From positions 1 through 64,000 of IMG/VR virus record IMGVR_UViG_3300031951_000003: a stretch of DNA of 64,000 bases. One strand, written 5' to 3'. A program made the position numbers and the translations under genes. Within the stretch, counting starts at the first letter, position 1, and each line of letters starts with the position of its first letter. The notes beneath the pieces are model-generated. The model was not told where the DNA came from and did no database searches. It saw nothing but the letters and a program-made list of their open reading frames with translations. Shown here piece after piece: positions 28,676-39,300 of the stretch.

Positions 28676-29416
28676 TTAAAATTTAAATAAGTTATCTGTT
28701 TCATTTATACCCAATTCTTCTTCTTTGTAGAAGATAACTGTGTGTTTGTTTTTTACTTCTTCATCGGTGAAGTAATAAAGTGCTAATGAATATCTTGACA
28801 CATCATCAGGTGTTTTTAATGGTAGTGGATGCCCATGAGGTGCATCTTCAATAGAAAAAATAACCGCTCTATTGAATATTGGTTCTATCTCTATTTCTTT
28901 TTTCCAAGGGTCTCCACCCCATAACTCTAAATTACCTCCCCATTCTTTCAACCAAGTTTCATTTAAATAAAGTAATAGATTTAAGTTACGTTTCCATTTT
29001 TTACCAGGGTGTTGGTTATAATCAATGTGAATAGATAACTTACCCCCTTTATTTATTTTATGTATTCCCCCTCCCAACATTATAGGGTCTCTATATAATT
29101 TCTCAAACCCTGTTAAATTTTCTAAAAATTTAATAAATGGTTCTGAATTCATATACTCTGTAATCATATTGGTAATAGGAAGGTAGTTTTTAAACTCTTC
29201 CATATCGGTAGAATGTGTTGGGTAATATAATTTGTTTTTCTCAAACTCTTCAACCCATTCTTCTTCATTAGAAAACCATTTCTTGTGTTTTTTAATTTCT
29301 TCTAAACAACTTTTTAGTAAGAAGTCTGGTAAAAAATTATCAATCACAATGTATGGAAAAGGTTTCGCAGTTTGATACTGAATTTTCAGTTTATCTGATA
29401 AAGTGTAGTCTATCAT
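28676..29416 (-). CDS. 2OG-Fe(II) oxygenase (prolyl-4-hydroxylase-like)
   Basis: HxD in HIDYN, distal His in HGHP, 2OG-binding Arg in RYSL, and LNLLLYLN..W...GGNLELW. Confidence 0.88.
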   Translation of the reverse strand: MIDYTLSDKLKIQYQTAKPFPYIVIDNFLPDFLLKSCLEEIKKHKKWFSNEEEWVEEFEKNKLYYPTHSTDMEEFKNYLPITNMITEYMNSEPFIKFLENLTGFEKLYRDPIMLGGGIHKINKGGKLSIHIDYNQHPGKKWKRNLNLLLYLNETWLKEWGGNLELWGGDPWKKEIEIEPIFNRAVIFSIEDAPHGHPLPLKTPDDVSRYSLALYYFTDEEVKNKHTVIFYKEEELGINETDNLFKF

Positions 29417-30405
29417 TTCTTTCGTTTTTCTTTTCTTATTAATTTTAAAAAAGGTTTGAGGAAATTAACCCATGCCTCATCATTTGTGGGGAGATATTTG
29501 AAGAGTCCGTCCTCCATCATCAATCTCATTAAGTTTTTATATCCCCTATCTGTTGGGTCTATGGTGTCTGTGTAGATTTGTTCTACTAAGGTTTTACCTT
29601 CGTCGGTTATTAGGGGTGTATTCAAATCAACAATTTGTTTATTTATTCTGTAGAACTGTTCTCCAAGTATACCGCTTTTTGTCTTTCCTGTCAAAATATT
29701 AGATAAACTTTTAATAGGTTTTTTTTGCGGGATATTTCGTGCATAATCCAATATTTCTTCGATAGTGCATTGTTTTTCAAGCATAATCGGAAAAAGTTTT
29801 ACTAAAGTTTTTTCACCCAGGCCTTCGATACCATCTATATTATCTGACTTATCACCTGTCATGATTTTTGTCAAAGTAACGTTGTAATGTGGAATATCCA
29901 CTTTATTGATTGTTACCTTATCCCCGTTCTTTAGATAACCTTTACCTACGGGTGAATAGATGGTCACCCTTGGGTTAATTAACTGTGTTAAGTCTTTGTC
30001 TGCCGAGAATATGATAATCTCTTCATCGGTCGCTATTTGAGTATAATAGGATATTAGGTCGTCAGCTTCATTGTTAATCATTTCGACTTGTCGCACATAG
30101 ACCTCCTCCAAATACATCTTTACTCTTGCCTTTTGTTGCAAGTAAGATTCGTATTTGTATTCATTCATGTCTTGACGACGATTACCCTTGTATTGTGGGT
30201 ATAAAGATTTTCTGATTGATGAGTTAGAATCACCGTCCCAAAATACAATCACTTTATCGTGATTATGCATCTCTAAAAATCTCCTGATTGTGTTGATGAA
30301 GTGATATACTCCACCTATATGAGAACCGTCACTATAAAGGTCTCTGACCCCGTGAAATCCAATTTTGAATAGGTTGTCCCCATCCACCAACAATGTCTTC
30401 GTCAC
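29413..30405 (-). CDS. 5'-3' exonuclease / flap endonuclease (T4 RNase H / Pol I N-terminal type)
   Basis: LLVDGDN, VFWDG, EADD, SADKDLTQL, GDKSDNIDGIEGLGEKT. GTG start. Confidence 0.92.
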   Translation of the reverse strand: MTKTLLVDGDNLFKIGFHGVRDLYSDGSHIGGVYHFINTIRRFLEMHNHDKVIVFWDGDSNSSIRKSLYPQYKGNRRQDMNEYKYESYLQQKARVKMYLEEVYVRQVEMINNEADDLISYYTQIATDEEIIIFSADKDLTQLINPRVTIYSPVGKGYLKNGDKVTINKVDIPHYNVTLTKIMTGDKSDNIDGIEGLGEKTLVKLFPIMLEKQCTIEEILDYARNIPQKKPIKSLSNILTGKTKSGILGEQFYRINKQIVDLNTPLITDEGKTLVEQIYTDTIDPTDRGYKNLMRLMMEDGLFKYLPTNDEAWVNFLKPFLKLIRKEKRKK

Positions 30406-30428
30406 ATATTCAATTTAATGGTGAACAA

Positions 30429-31430
30429 TCAATCTTCTTTTTCTTCTGTGAGTGTAAAATCCCCTTCAGCACCGATAATATCTTTCCAATAGTCGGCGTA
30501 TTCTTTTTTGTAGGCCTCGATAGACGCTTTTTCTTCGGTTGAATCTTTACCAGCCAAGAACCCGTGAGGAGTAACAATAATCTTTCCGTCATCAAAACCC
30601 AATCCGTTGATGTGATTTTTCATAACTGAGATTTTACTTCTTACTGCAAATTTCACTGAGCGTTTGTCTTTGGTAGCAGTAATCTTGGTAGTTCCAGCAC
30701 CTTTTTGATTTCCGAAAAGGAAAACTAATGATGAGTTTAACCAAACTGATTCTCCACCTTTAGCCTTAATCTTTGGTTGACCAAAAGGATTGTCGGGTAG
30801 TTCTACCCATGGTTGGTTGATAATAATAAGTGTATTTTCGTATTCGGTGTCTGCCTTTCTAGAGCCTGAGATTCTTTGGTTGATACCCATACCAATTTTA
30901 TCTGATAACACAGATGCGTTGTGTTGTTTACCACCTTTACCTTCGTATGTCATTTTACAAGGAACAGAACCAACTGAATCCCATATAAAACATAAACTGT
31001 AATTCAATTCCCCTTTTTCTTGTGCATCAAGGAGTTGATTGATGTAGTCTGTGATTTGTTCAATGTAACTGAAATTGTTATTGAATAAGAAAAATCCATC
31101 CCAATCAAGTTCGCCTGTTTCTTTATCAACAACTTCTTCGCATTGGAAACCCATAAGTTTGGCGTGGTCAAAACTCCATTTCTGTTCTGTGATTATGAAT
31201 ACAGGAAGTATTTCTTTCTTCTGAGCATCTACCGCAGCTTTGATGGCTGCAGTTGTTTTACCTGTATCTGAGTGCCCGAGGAACATGTTGATATGTCCAA
31301 CTGCGGGACCTGGAAGTCCAACTGCATCCAAAAAGTCAGAACCTAAGTCCAAAAATCTTTGTGGTTTATATCTTGCTGAAGTTGAGAACTTCTTTTTTAA
31401 ATTACCGAAATCGTTTTTCTTAATAGCCAT
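30429..31430 (-). CDS. uvsX: RecA/UvsX-like recombinase
   Basis: Walker A GHSDTGKT, Walker B FIWDSVG, IIINQ. Confidence 0.85.
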   Translation of the reverse strand: MAIKKNDFGNLKKKFSTSARYKPQRFLDLGSDFLDAVGLPGPAVGHINMFLGHSDTGKTTAAIKAAVDAQKKEILPVFIITEQKWSFDHAKLMGFQCEEVVDKETGELDWDGFFLFNNNFSYIEQITDYINQLLDAQEKGELNYSLCFIWDSVGSVPCKMTYEGKGGKQHNASVLSDKIGMGINQRISGSRKADTEYENTLIIINQPWVELPDNPFGQPKIKAKGGESVWLNSSLVFLFGNQKGAGTTKITATKDKRSVKFAVRSKISVMKNHINGLGFDDGKIIVTPHGFLAGKDSTEEKASIEAYKKEYADYWKDIIGAEGDFTLTEEKED

Positions 31431-31448
31431 ATTGTGTTACATAAAAAT

Positions 31449-31471
31449 AAGGGCGGCTCAACACCGCCCTT
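31449..31471 (-). terminator. Intrinsic terminator-like hairpin after SSB
   Basis: aagggcgg-tgttgag-ccgccctt followed by atttt on the - strand. Confidence 0.7.
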
Positions 31472-31480
31472 GTTATAAAA

Positions 31481-32338
31481 TTAGAATGGTAAATCTTCGT
31501 CTACTTCAGAATCTGCTTGTGGGTCTTGAACCTTTTTGGTAGTTGGTTTTGATGAACCACCGAGTGTTTCCTCAGAAACTGTGCTGTCACCATAAACATA
31601 TCCACCTTTTTCAGTATCCCACTTTGGAGTTTCACCTCTTGCGATTGCCTCAAGGTACTCAACAGGTTTCTTACTGTATACATCAGTCCAACTTAACTCA
31701 TCGTTAATCCACTCTTTAGCTTGGTCCTTGTCTGTATGAACAGGAGCCGGGTCATCATACATAATCGCAGATACGGTTGTGTATTCTTTACCCTTAGGTG
31801 TTTTGGATTTAGCAAGTTCGATGATAAGGTCACGACCATTCTCAGGGTCAGTAACATCACCTTTGTTTCTCCAAATTGGAATGATTTTATCTAAGATACC
31901 TTCGTTCTTGTAGTTGTGTTTGAATCTCCAAAACTTTGGTCCATCAGCTTCGTTATCTCTGTCGATAACTTTTACGATGTAAAACTTACGAGATTTGTAT
32001 TGCTTAGCAAGTTCCTTGTCAGATTCCTTACCTGTGCTCATCAATTCTTCATAAACTTCGTTAAGTGGAGAACGCTCATTGTCGTTTTTTCCTGGGTCAT
32101 AGAACTTTTGCCATTGACCTCCTACTTGGATTTCGTGATACCAAGCCTCTTTGAATGGTGAGGAACCATCTTGTGTAGGGAGAATTCTAATTCTTCTCTG
32201 ACCTGATTTCTCTTTATCACCAAGGATTAAAGCGAAATACTTTTTCATTCTTTCGTCTTGCGACATTTTGGATTGGGCCCCGCCCCCGATTTGATTTTTT
32301 TCATACTGCGCCAATACGGCATCTAATACATTTGTCAT
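31481..32338 (-). CDS. Single-stranded DNA-binding protein, T4 gp32-like
   Basis: RRIRILP...PFKEAWYH, FYIVKVIDRD, GRDLII, acidic C-terminus SEVDEDLPF. Confidence 0.85.
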   Translation of the reverse strand: MTNVLDAVLAQYEKNQIGGGAQSKMSQDERMKKYFALILGDKEKSGQRRIRILPTQDGSSPFKEAWYHEIQVGGQWQKFYDPGKNDNERSPLNEVYEELMSTGKESDKELAKQYKSRKFYIVKVIDRDNEADGPKFWRFKHNYKNEGILDKIIPIWRNKGDVTDPENGRDLIIELAKSKTPKGKEYTTVSAIMYDDPAPVHTDKDQAKEWINDELSWTDVYSKKPVEYLEAIARGETPKWDTEKGGYVYGDSTVSEETLGGSSKPTTKKVQDPQADSEVDEDLPF

Positions 32339-32363
32339 TTTGAATTGTTTTTATTGTTTATTA

Positions 32364-32392
32364 ATTATAATTGGGAAATCCCTATATGTCAA
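32364..32392 (-). promoter_or_regulatory. Perfect sigma70-consensus promoter for the SSB/recombination operon
   Basis: TTGACA (32392-32387), 17-nt spacer, TATAAT (32369-32364). Confidence 0.85.
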
Positions 32393-32395
32393 ATT

Positions 32396-32419
32396 AAAAA
32401 GGGACCTTTCAGTCCCTTT
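32396..32419 (-). terminator. Intrinsic terminator immediately upstream of the sigma70 promoter
   Basis: aaagggac-tgaaag-gtccc-ttttt on the - strand. Confidence 0.75.
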
Positions 32420-32422
32420 ATT

Positions 32423-33106
32423 TTATCTGTTAAATTCGTTTTCGTAACTATCTACATCACCAGGTTGGAATGAGTTTTTGATATCATTCACGTTGATGTT
32501 TTTAACATCATCCGTTGTTAACACATAATCATGTTTACCTGTTTTTTCCATCTCTTCTTTTTTATCCTCAAAAAAGTCTGTAAGTTTTTGATTGAATGGA
32601 TATGAATCATATGTTCTTAGTTCTAACTTTTCTTGTGGAGTTTTCTCTCTATACTTTTCAATCTTCATCTCCAAAGAGTTAAGTTTAGACATAAGTCCAT
32701 CCATTTCCTTGAGCTTGGATTCGAGGTTATTTAATTGACCAAATAAATTATTAAAATACTCATCTTGTTTCTTTTCGATGTTTTTTTGACTATCCACTAA
32801 ATCAGTAACTTCTACCTCTTCAGTTCCATCACCTTCACCCTCTTCTGATTTTCCCTCATCGTCAATTTTCTCTACGTCAGGGTCATTCTCTACATCAATA
32901 GGTTGAGGTGCTGTGTCTGTAGCTGGTTCCTCACCAGCTGGTGGTGGGGGAACCGCTCCGGCTTCGGGTGCTGCTGGCGGAGGAGGAATTGCACCTGGGT
33001 CTTCAGGTAATGGTAGTTCTGCTTGTTCTACAATGTATTTGTTAATTTGTCTGTAGCGTTCAATCTCGCTAATAATTTTTCTATCTAAACTCATAGTTTT
33101 AACCAT
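32423..33106 (-). CDS. Acidic Pro-rich / coiled-coil protein (possible prohead core or internal protein)
   Basis: PPPPAAPEAG tract, D/E-rich middle, heptad C-terminal half. The start may be the ATG at 33094. Confidence 0.65.
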   Translation of the reverse strand: MVKTMSLDRKIISEIERYRQINKYIVEQAELPLPEDPGAIPPPPAAPEAGAVPPPPAGEEPATDTAPQPIDVENDPDVEKIDDEGKSEEGEGDGTEEVEVTDLVDSQKNIEKKQDEYFNNLFGQLNNLESKLKEMDGLMSKLNSLEMKIEKYREKTPQEKLELRTYDSYPFNQKLTDFFEDKKEEMEKTGKHDYVLTTDDVKNINVNDIKNSFQPGDVDSYENEFNR

Positions 33107-33323
33107 TTAGTAATTGCTTTATACCTCTTGAAGTTTCAACCCTTACTTTTCTGTTTGCAGTTTGCATGTGTCCGGCTCTTTCGATTAGACCATCTCTTTC
33201 TCTAACTACGTAACAGTCTCCTGTTTCTAAGTCGCAAACTTGTTTAGTTCCATCACCCAAATCTTCTTCAGAAAATTTAACCGATTTTCCTAAATAATTG
33301 TCCAATGTTGATTTTAAACTCAT
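33099..33323 (-). CDS. Small hypothetical protein
   Basis: 74-aa ORF with TATTTAT 13 nt upstream. Overlaps the next gene. Confidence 0.7.
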   Translation of the reverse strand: MSLKSTLDNYLGKSVKFSEEDLGDGTKQVCDLETGDCYVVRERDGLIERAGHMQTANRKVRVETSRGIKQLLNG

Positions 33324-33336
33324 AAAATTCTTTATT

Positions 33337-33343
33337 ATAAATA
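33337..33343 (-). promoter_or_regulatory. TATTTAT upstream element
   Basis: 13 nt before ATG 33323. Confidence 0.65.
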
Positions 33344-33353
33344 TATTGTTATG

Positions 33354-36300
33354 TTATAAAGTGAAAGGAGGACTTGTTGCTCCGGCATTTATAGGAACAG
33401 GGTCTGATGTGTTCGGGAAGATGTGTGTATAACTGCTCGATTTATATCTTACGGAAGCTTGGAATCTACCTTTTGCACTTGTCTCAACCAAATTAGTATA
33501 TTTTGTGCCAGGATTATTTGTTATTACAATGGACTGAATTTCTATCTCAGGTATTAAAACTAACTCAAATTCACCTTTCTGAATCAAGTTCGGACAACTG
33601 AATTGTAAAGTAACATAACCTCCCGTAGGTTTTTTAATATTGTAGATGTCGGGTCCCGAAAAATTAGGTAGTTCACCACTGTTAGTATTACTCACTATAA
33701 CTAATGAGCCTGGCGGTGTTTGGGTCGATGGGGTTGCAGGTGGAACATAAATTAAAAAATTGTAATTTTGTCGGACTGTTTCCTGTGTTGACGTATTATT
33801 AGCTAATATCTTAATTTGTGTTGTTATTTCTATTTCGTCGCCCTCATAGTCCTCAAGTTCACCCTGAAACTCAGCACTTATTAATGCCGCTCTCGAACAG
33901 GTGAATGTTTGTTTATCTTGAGAAACGAAACCAACAAGTCTAGTGTTTTGTCTACTTTCAACAGTTCTTGTGATTGAATTATTTGGACCCTTCTTTATTG
34001 TATATAATGTGTAGGACATTACGGGTTGGTCATCCATCTCCCACGTTCCACTATTAGGAGATATTTTAACAACTAACAACTCATCACCACCAATTGTGTT
34101 TTTGGTTTGAGTTATAATCTCAAGAGGATTTGGTCCAGTCTGTTGTGGATTAGTAATAACACCTGATGCAGCCGCAGTAACATTACTTGCGTTGTTTACA
34201 TATGAACCTGGAGATGAAGCCGCTGATGGTGAAATTGATGGGTCAAAATTGAAAGTAGAAACTGTTGTAAATGTTCCATAGAAAGTATCGACTTTAATGT
34301 TTCCTGTTGATACTGTAGTTCCCACTTCGGGGACAACTACTCTAATAGTTTGAGGATTGACTATGGTTATATTTCTCGGTTCAACTTGAACACCGTTTAT
34401 GAATACGGCTATTGTTGAATCCAAGCAGTTACCTTTGATTTGAACTATTGTTCCTGAGTTACCAATCGTTGGCGCAAATGTTGTTATGATTGGAGGTGGG
34501 CATGTTTGTCCAGGATTAGGTGGTGGAGGTGTAGGGACTGTTGTATCTTTTTGAATCTCTTTTGCTTCCTTATCATTCTTTTCTGCTAATTCTTTTGGTA
34601 TTATTCCAAGTTGAACCGCAGAAACATAGGCTTCTTGCATTGTTCCAATCACCGTTGAAAATTCTGACTCGGCATTCAACTCGTAGTAGTTCTCAGCAAC
34701 ACTCTCTTTCGGCCAATAACACACGTAATATTTTGTTAATTTCAATTGTCTAATTCTTTCCAAATTGTTTTCCAATCTAGACCTCATAAAACCAATATAT
34801 TCCTTGAGACTATTGAATGCAGCAATTGGTAATGAATTTGACGAACCTGAGGATGTCACGTTAACACAACAATATTTTTTATTGAAATATAAATTTGTTG
34901 TTTGAATTGGTTGGAAATTTTTATCGAGTGATAATAATGAAAAGTTGTGATTATATCCAACAAACTTTCCCGCATCTGTGTTCGAGCTTTTGACAAAACT
35001 ATTCACATATGAAATCGCATATATGTAGAATCTCAATAATGTGTTGTCTGAACCAGGAATTTCTCTTTCCAATGCCTCCTTGAACTTCTGAGGTGTGAGT
35101 TCTGTTACGGTTCCAGATTGAACCTCATATCCTTGATATGTTATCACGTCAACTTTTGATGTGCAACTATTTTGAGCATCCAATGTATTATTTGAAACCT
35201 GAACTACTTCGTCTGTTTTCTGTTGTTGTGTATTAGCAATAGGTTTAGGAACGTCTTTCTTAATTTTCAAAATTGCCTCCAATCTTGTTAATAAGTTTTG
35301 ATTAATACTTTGTAGGAAAGAATCAATTGCAGGTAAATCATAAATTCCTTGTCTGATACCAGTAAAGGTTGTTTGGAAATTTCCAGGCTGTATAGAGTGG
35401 TTGATACTATCAATCAGATAAGGTCCGTTAAACATTGGGACATGTCTCAAATTGAAATACATTGTTGGTTGAATAATAGCATTTCCTAAACAAACCACAG
35501 AACATTTATAACTTCTTTGTTTATAAAGATTATAGAGTGACACGTTTTGTGTTGCGACATTTCTACCTGTGGATTGGTTTACAATATTCAATTGAGTGTT
35601 AATTGATTCCGAGGTTGCCACTCCTGACGCTTGCTCGACTTGGAATGAATAGAATATGTTTTGATTTCTATTTCCGATATCGACATTAAAACCAACGCAC
35701 TTATTTGATGTCGCCCAGTCTTTTTTTCCCTCCTGATTCTCAATCAAAGGATTTTCAGACGCCCTTCTCATTTCAAATCCATCATCACGAAATCTGAAAT
35801 TTCCTTTTGGTAAATCCAAATATTGTGATGGTTTTCCAACATATGTGCAAACCATTTTAGGTGATGAATTTCTATAATCAACATTCAAGAAAGTTCCCCA
35901 CATGTTATTTGCAAATTCCAAAGAACCCTCAGGTTGAGGTATTGTTGTTCCGTCCACATCTTGAATATTATAGAAGTTTACATAAGCCGGAAGGTTCATT
36001 ACTGTAAAGTTATTCTTAATTAGAATACCACTTATCAAAGTGAAGATACTCATGGCATTATTCAGAGAGTTTCTTCCAATCATATTTTTCAACTCGAAGA
36101 TATCTAAGAGAACGGTCTGTCCAATGTTTCTTGAAGCCCTATCCAAGAATAAAATGTCTTCGAATAGAGTTTTTGTTTTGTAATCACCACCAGCAATCCA
36201 TTTATCATTTAAGGCTTTGAACACTTCCCAGTTCTCGACTTTACTTTGTTGTCCCGTAAAAACACTATTTATCGTTCCTTGAGGTATTTGACTTTGATTT

Positions 36301-39300
36301 GGTAATGCCTTGTTAAGCTTAGCCAATAGGTCATTCAAGAAATTACTTTGTAATAATTCCTCAGAATTTAGTAAATCCTGTAGAGCGTTCTTGAACTGAG
36401 CGACGGTAGAATTTGGATTACTCAACTTATAAGTTGCATACATCTTTATTATAGGACTCAGTATTGTAACGTTGGGTAAGGTAAATTCGATGTTGTTATC
36501 TATGAAGAAATCAGTTATGTAAGAACCATTCGAAGAATACTCAACACTCGGTATGGATGAGAATCCAACTTCAAGTTCCAAAGCTAACCAAGCATCAACA
36601 TTTTGTGTCTTTGAAAGAGTCAATGTTGTTGACCCGCCTATACTCGGTAAAGAACCTTGAACATATGGTTGAAATTGTATAGGGTCAGTAACCTCAGGTT
36701 GTCCACCATGTGAAAGGTAGGAATCCAAAGTTCTTCTCTTGTAATTTGAAGGATTTCCATATTTAAAAAGAACATCATATTCCATGAAGGCTCTGAGTGT
36801 GTTCTGAGAATTTGAATATTGTAAATTTATAACTTCGTTGAAATACTCTGTTTCATTTGTTGCCGGAAGTTGTGGAATCACGGTAATCAAACTTTTGAAT
36901 AAGGATTGGAAGTTTCTAAAATTAATATCACCTGATACTGAGGTTTCACCAATACCAAGATTTGTTGGTGCTGTATCTGCATCAGTAATTGGCTTACAGA
37001 AGTTTAAAAACTCTTGTTCAAAACTATCTAATATTTTTTTATCGAAAACCGAAAAAATCTCTTCAATGTTCGAATACTCATTAGAATCTAATAATATGAA
37101 TGGTGATTGTTCGTCAGTGTTAGGTAAAATTCTATTAACGTATTGTTCTGGAGTTGGTTTGACAACCGCTGAACCGTCAAAATACCCATAGTTAGGAGCC
37201 GACCACATTGTTCTTACAGAACCGTTGTAAACCGCACTATTATTATTTAAATTAACAACTGTACTTGATTGATTATTTGTATTTACAATACACTCGTCTG
37301 ATGTTTGGTTAACGGAAGAACCGAAGGATGGAACAACAAAATAAATTGTTTGTTTCGTCACACTATCAGTTCCACAATTTTCCTCAGTAGATGAAATCCC
37401 ACCAGGGATTAGAACGGACCAAGTTGTAAGTCTCAGAACTTTATCTTCCTGTTGGGTTTGTATATTCGATTGAACGTAGTTGTAGACTTTCATACCACCT
37501 TTAATGGTGTTCTGAATTTCGGCATTTGTATAGTCTTTATATACATCATAACCTATACAAAACTTATAAAAATCATTTATCACTTTAGGGTAAAATCCAA
37601 CCTGTAGATTCACATTAGTTGTATCTGTTTTTTCCAAAGCAATTTCTCTATCAGCAGTTCCATATTTGAATGAATAAGTTTGACTTGGAGAGTTCTGTAT
37701 TGGCGAAAAGTTTTGAACTTGATTAAAATTTGTCCACGCTGTTTGTAATATATCTGTATTCGATTGCTTGTAGACTTTGTATCTATGCCATATCGAACCA
37801 AATTTCAAAATCCAAGCATAGGGTAGTTTGTGAATTGCACCAAATTTTTTGAAACATGATGCAATATAATCTAAATCAGTTTGGGCACCATTGGCTTGTG
37901 TTTTATATTTTTCTCTCAAGGAAGCTAAAGGTAAAGAATTTATAAAAAGATAACCTGCTTGAACGTATGGATACGCTAAGCTCGCTCTTTGGTTCTGAAC
38001 CCCATTCTGTATTGCATTAACAAAATATGGTGTGTTCAACATTGACGTAGTTGTCAATCTCGGAAACTCGTTTTCTAACGGGACATCTTCAGAAAAAGTT
38101 GGTGGGGTGTGAATATAGTAACCCTCGGTCGCCATGAAGTCAATCGGGGTTCTCGTTTGATAAAAAGAACTCAAACTAACATCATTGTCAGCCAAATCAG
38201 TAACTGTTGAATTAGGGTTGTCATTTTTTAGATATGAAAAATTTGTAACTGGTCTTTTTTCATTGACGTTATAAATGTTGTTGAAATTTGATATTATTTT
38301 TCTAGCGTCAAAAATTGTAAGAACTCGGTTGGTGTTATATACTTCATCCAAAGTTGACCCATCTCCGTTCGATAAATTTTTTATATTCCACTGAGGGTCC
38401 GTGAAAGGGATAGTATCTGTCACATTTGGTATGTTCGTTGAATTTGTTACCAAACTTTCCAATGCTAAAGACTGTGCTGTGGATTGAGGTAGCTTACCCT
38501 GTTCATCTAAATTCAGAATTGCAAATGAATTTTCAGTCAAATTTCTCAAGTATGGTGTTACATAAAAATCCCTAATAAAATCTTGCCATGCTCTTCCAGT
38601 CCCTTGGTTTGATATGTTCTCCAAAAATGACAAATAATTACTTGAGTTAATTGCGTAATTCTTCAACTTCATTGTTATGTATGGAGAATTTAATCCTAAA
38701 CTTTTAACAATATTGTTAACTTCTGTTTCTGTATTTAACTTAATTAACTCATCTATTTGATTTTGATTAGCCCTAATGTAATTAGAGTATCTCGATGTTA
38801 CCAATTGTCTTTCATAGATTTCATAGAAGAACTTAATCTCTTCTTTATTAGTGTATGCAACCCCAACTGTTGGAAATTCAATTGCGTTAATGTTAATAAG
38901 ATTTGTTTCTATTTGGTTGTCTAAAGGTGGCGGCGCTAATGGGGGATTAAATTTCATGGTGAGACCTCTCATATATTCTTCCACAAATTGCACCTCTGGC
39001 CATTTAGAATAGTCCCAACCTCCCGTTAACTCAACAACAGTCGGGTCTGCAATATATTTGAGTTGGAATCTACCTTTTTTATCCTCCGGTGTTTCAACAA
39101 AAAACTGTGGCCATGGGTAAACAGGTATTTCAGCGTATTTTAAACCTGTTGAACTTTCAATCGCTTGTCTTGTTATTTTAATTTCATCAACGGTATCTGA
39201 ACCAGGTGCTGACGATGGATTTTCTAGAATCGCCTTTTTTCTGACATCATCATATTTTAAAGCCCAAGCCGAAGTGTGAACATCGTCTAAAAGTCTTATG

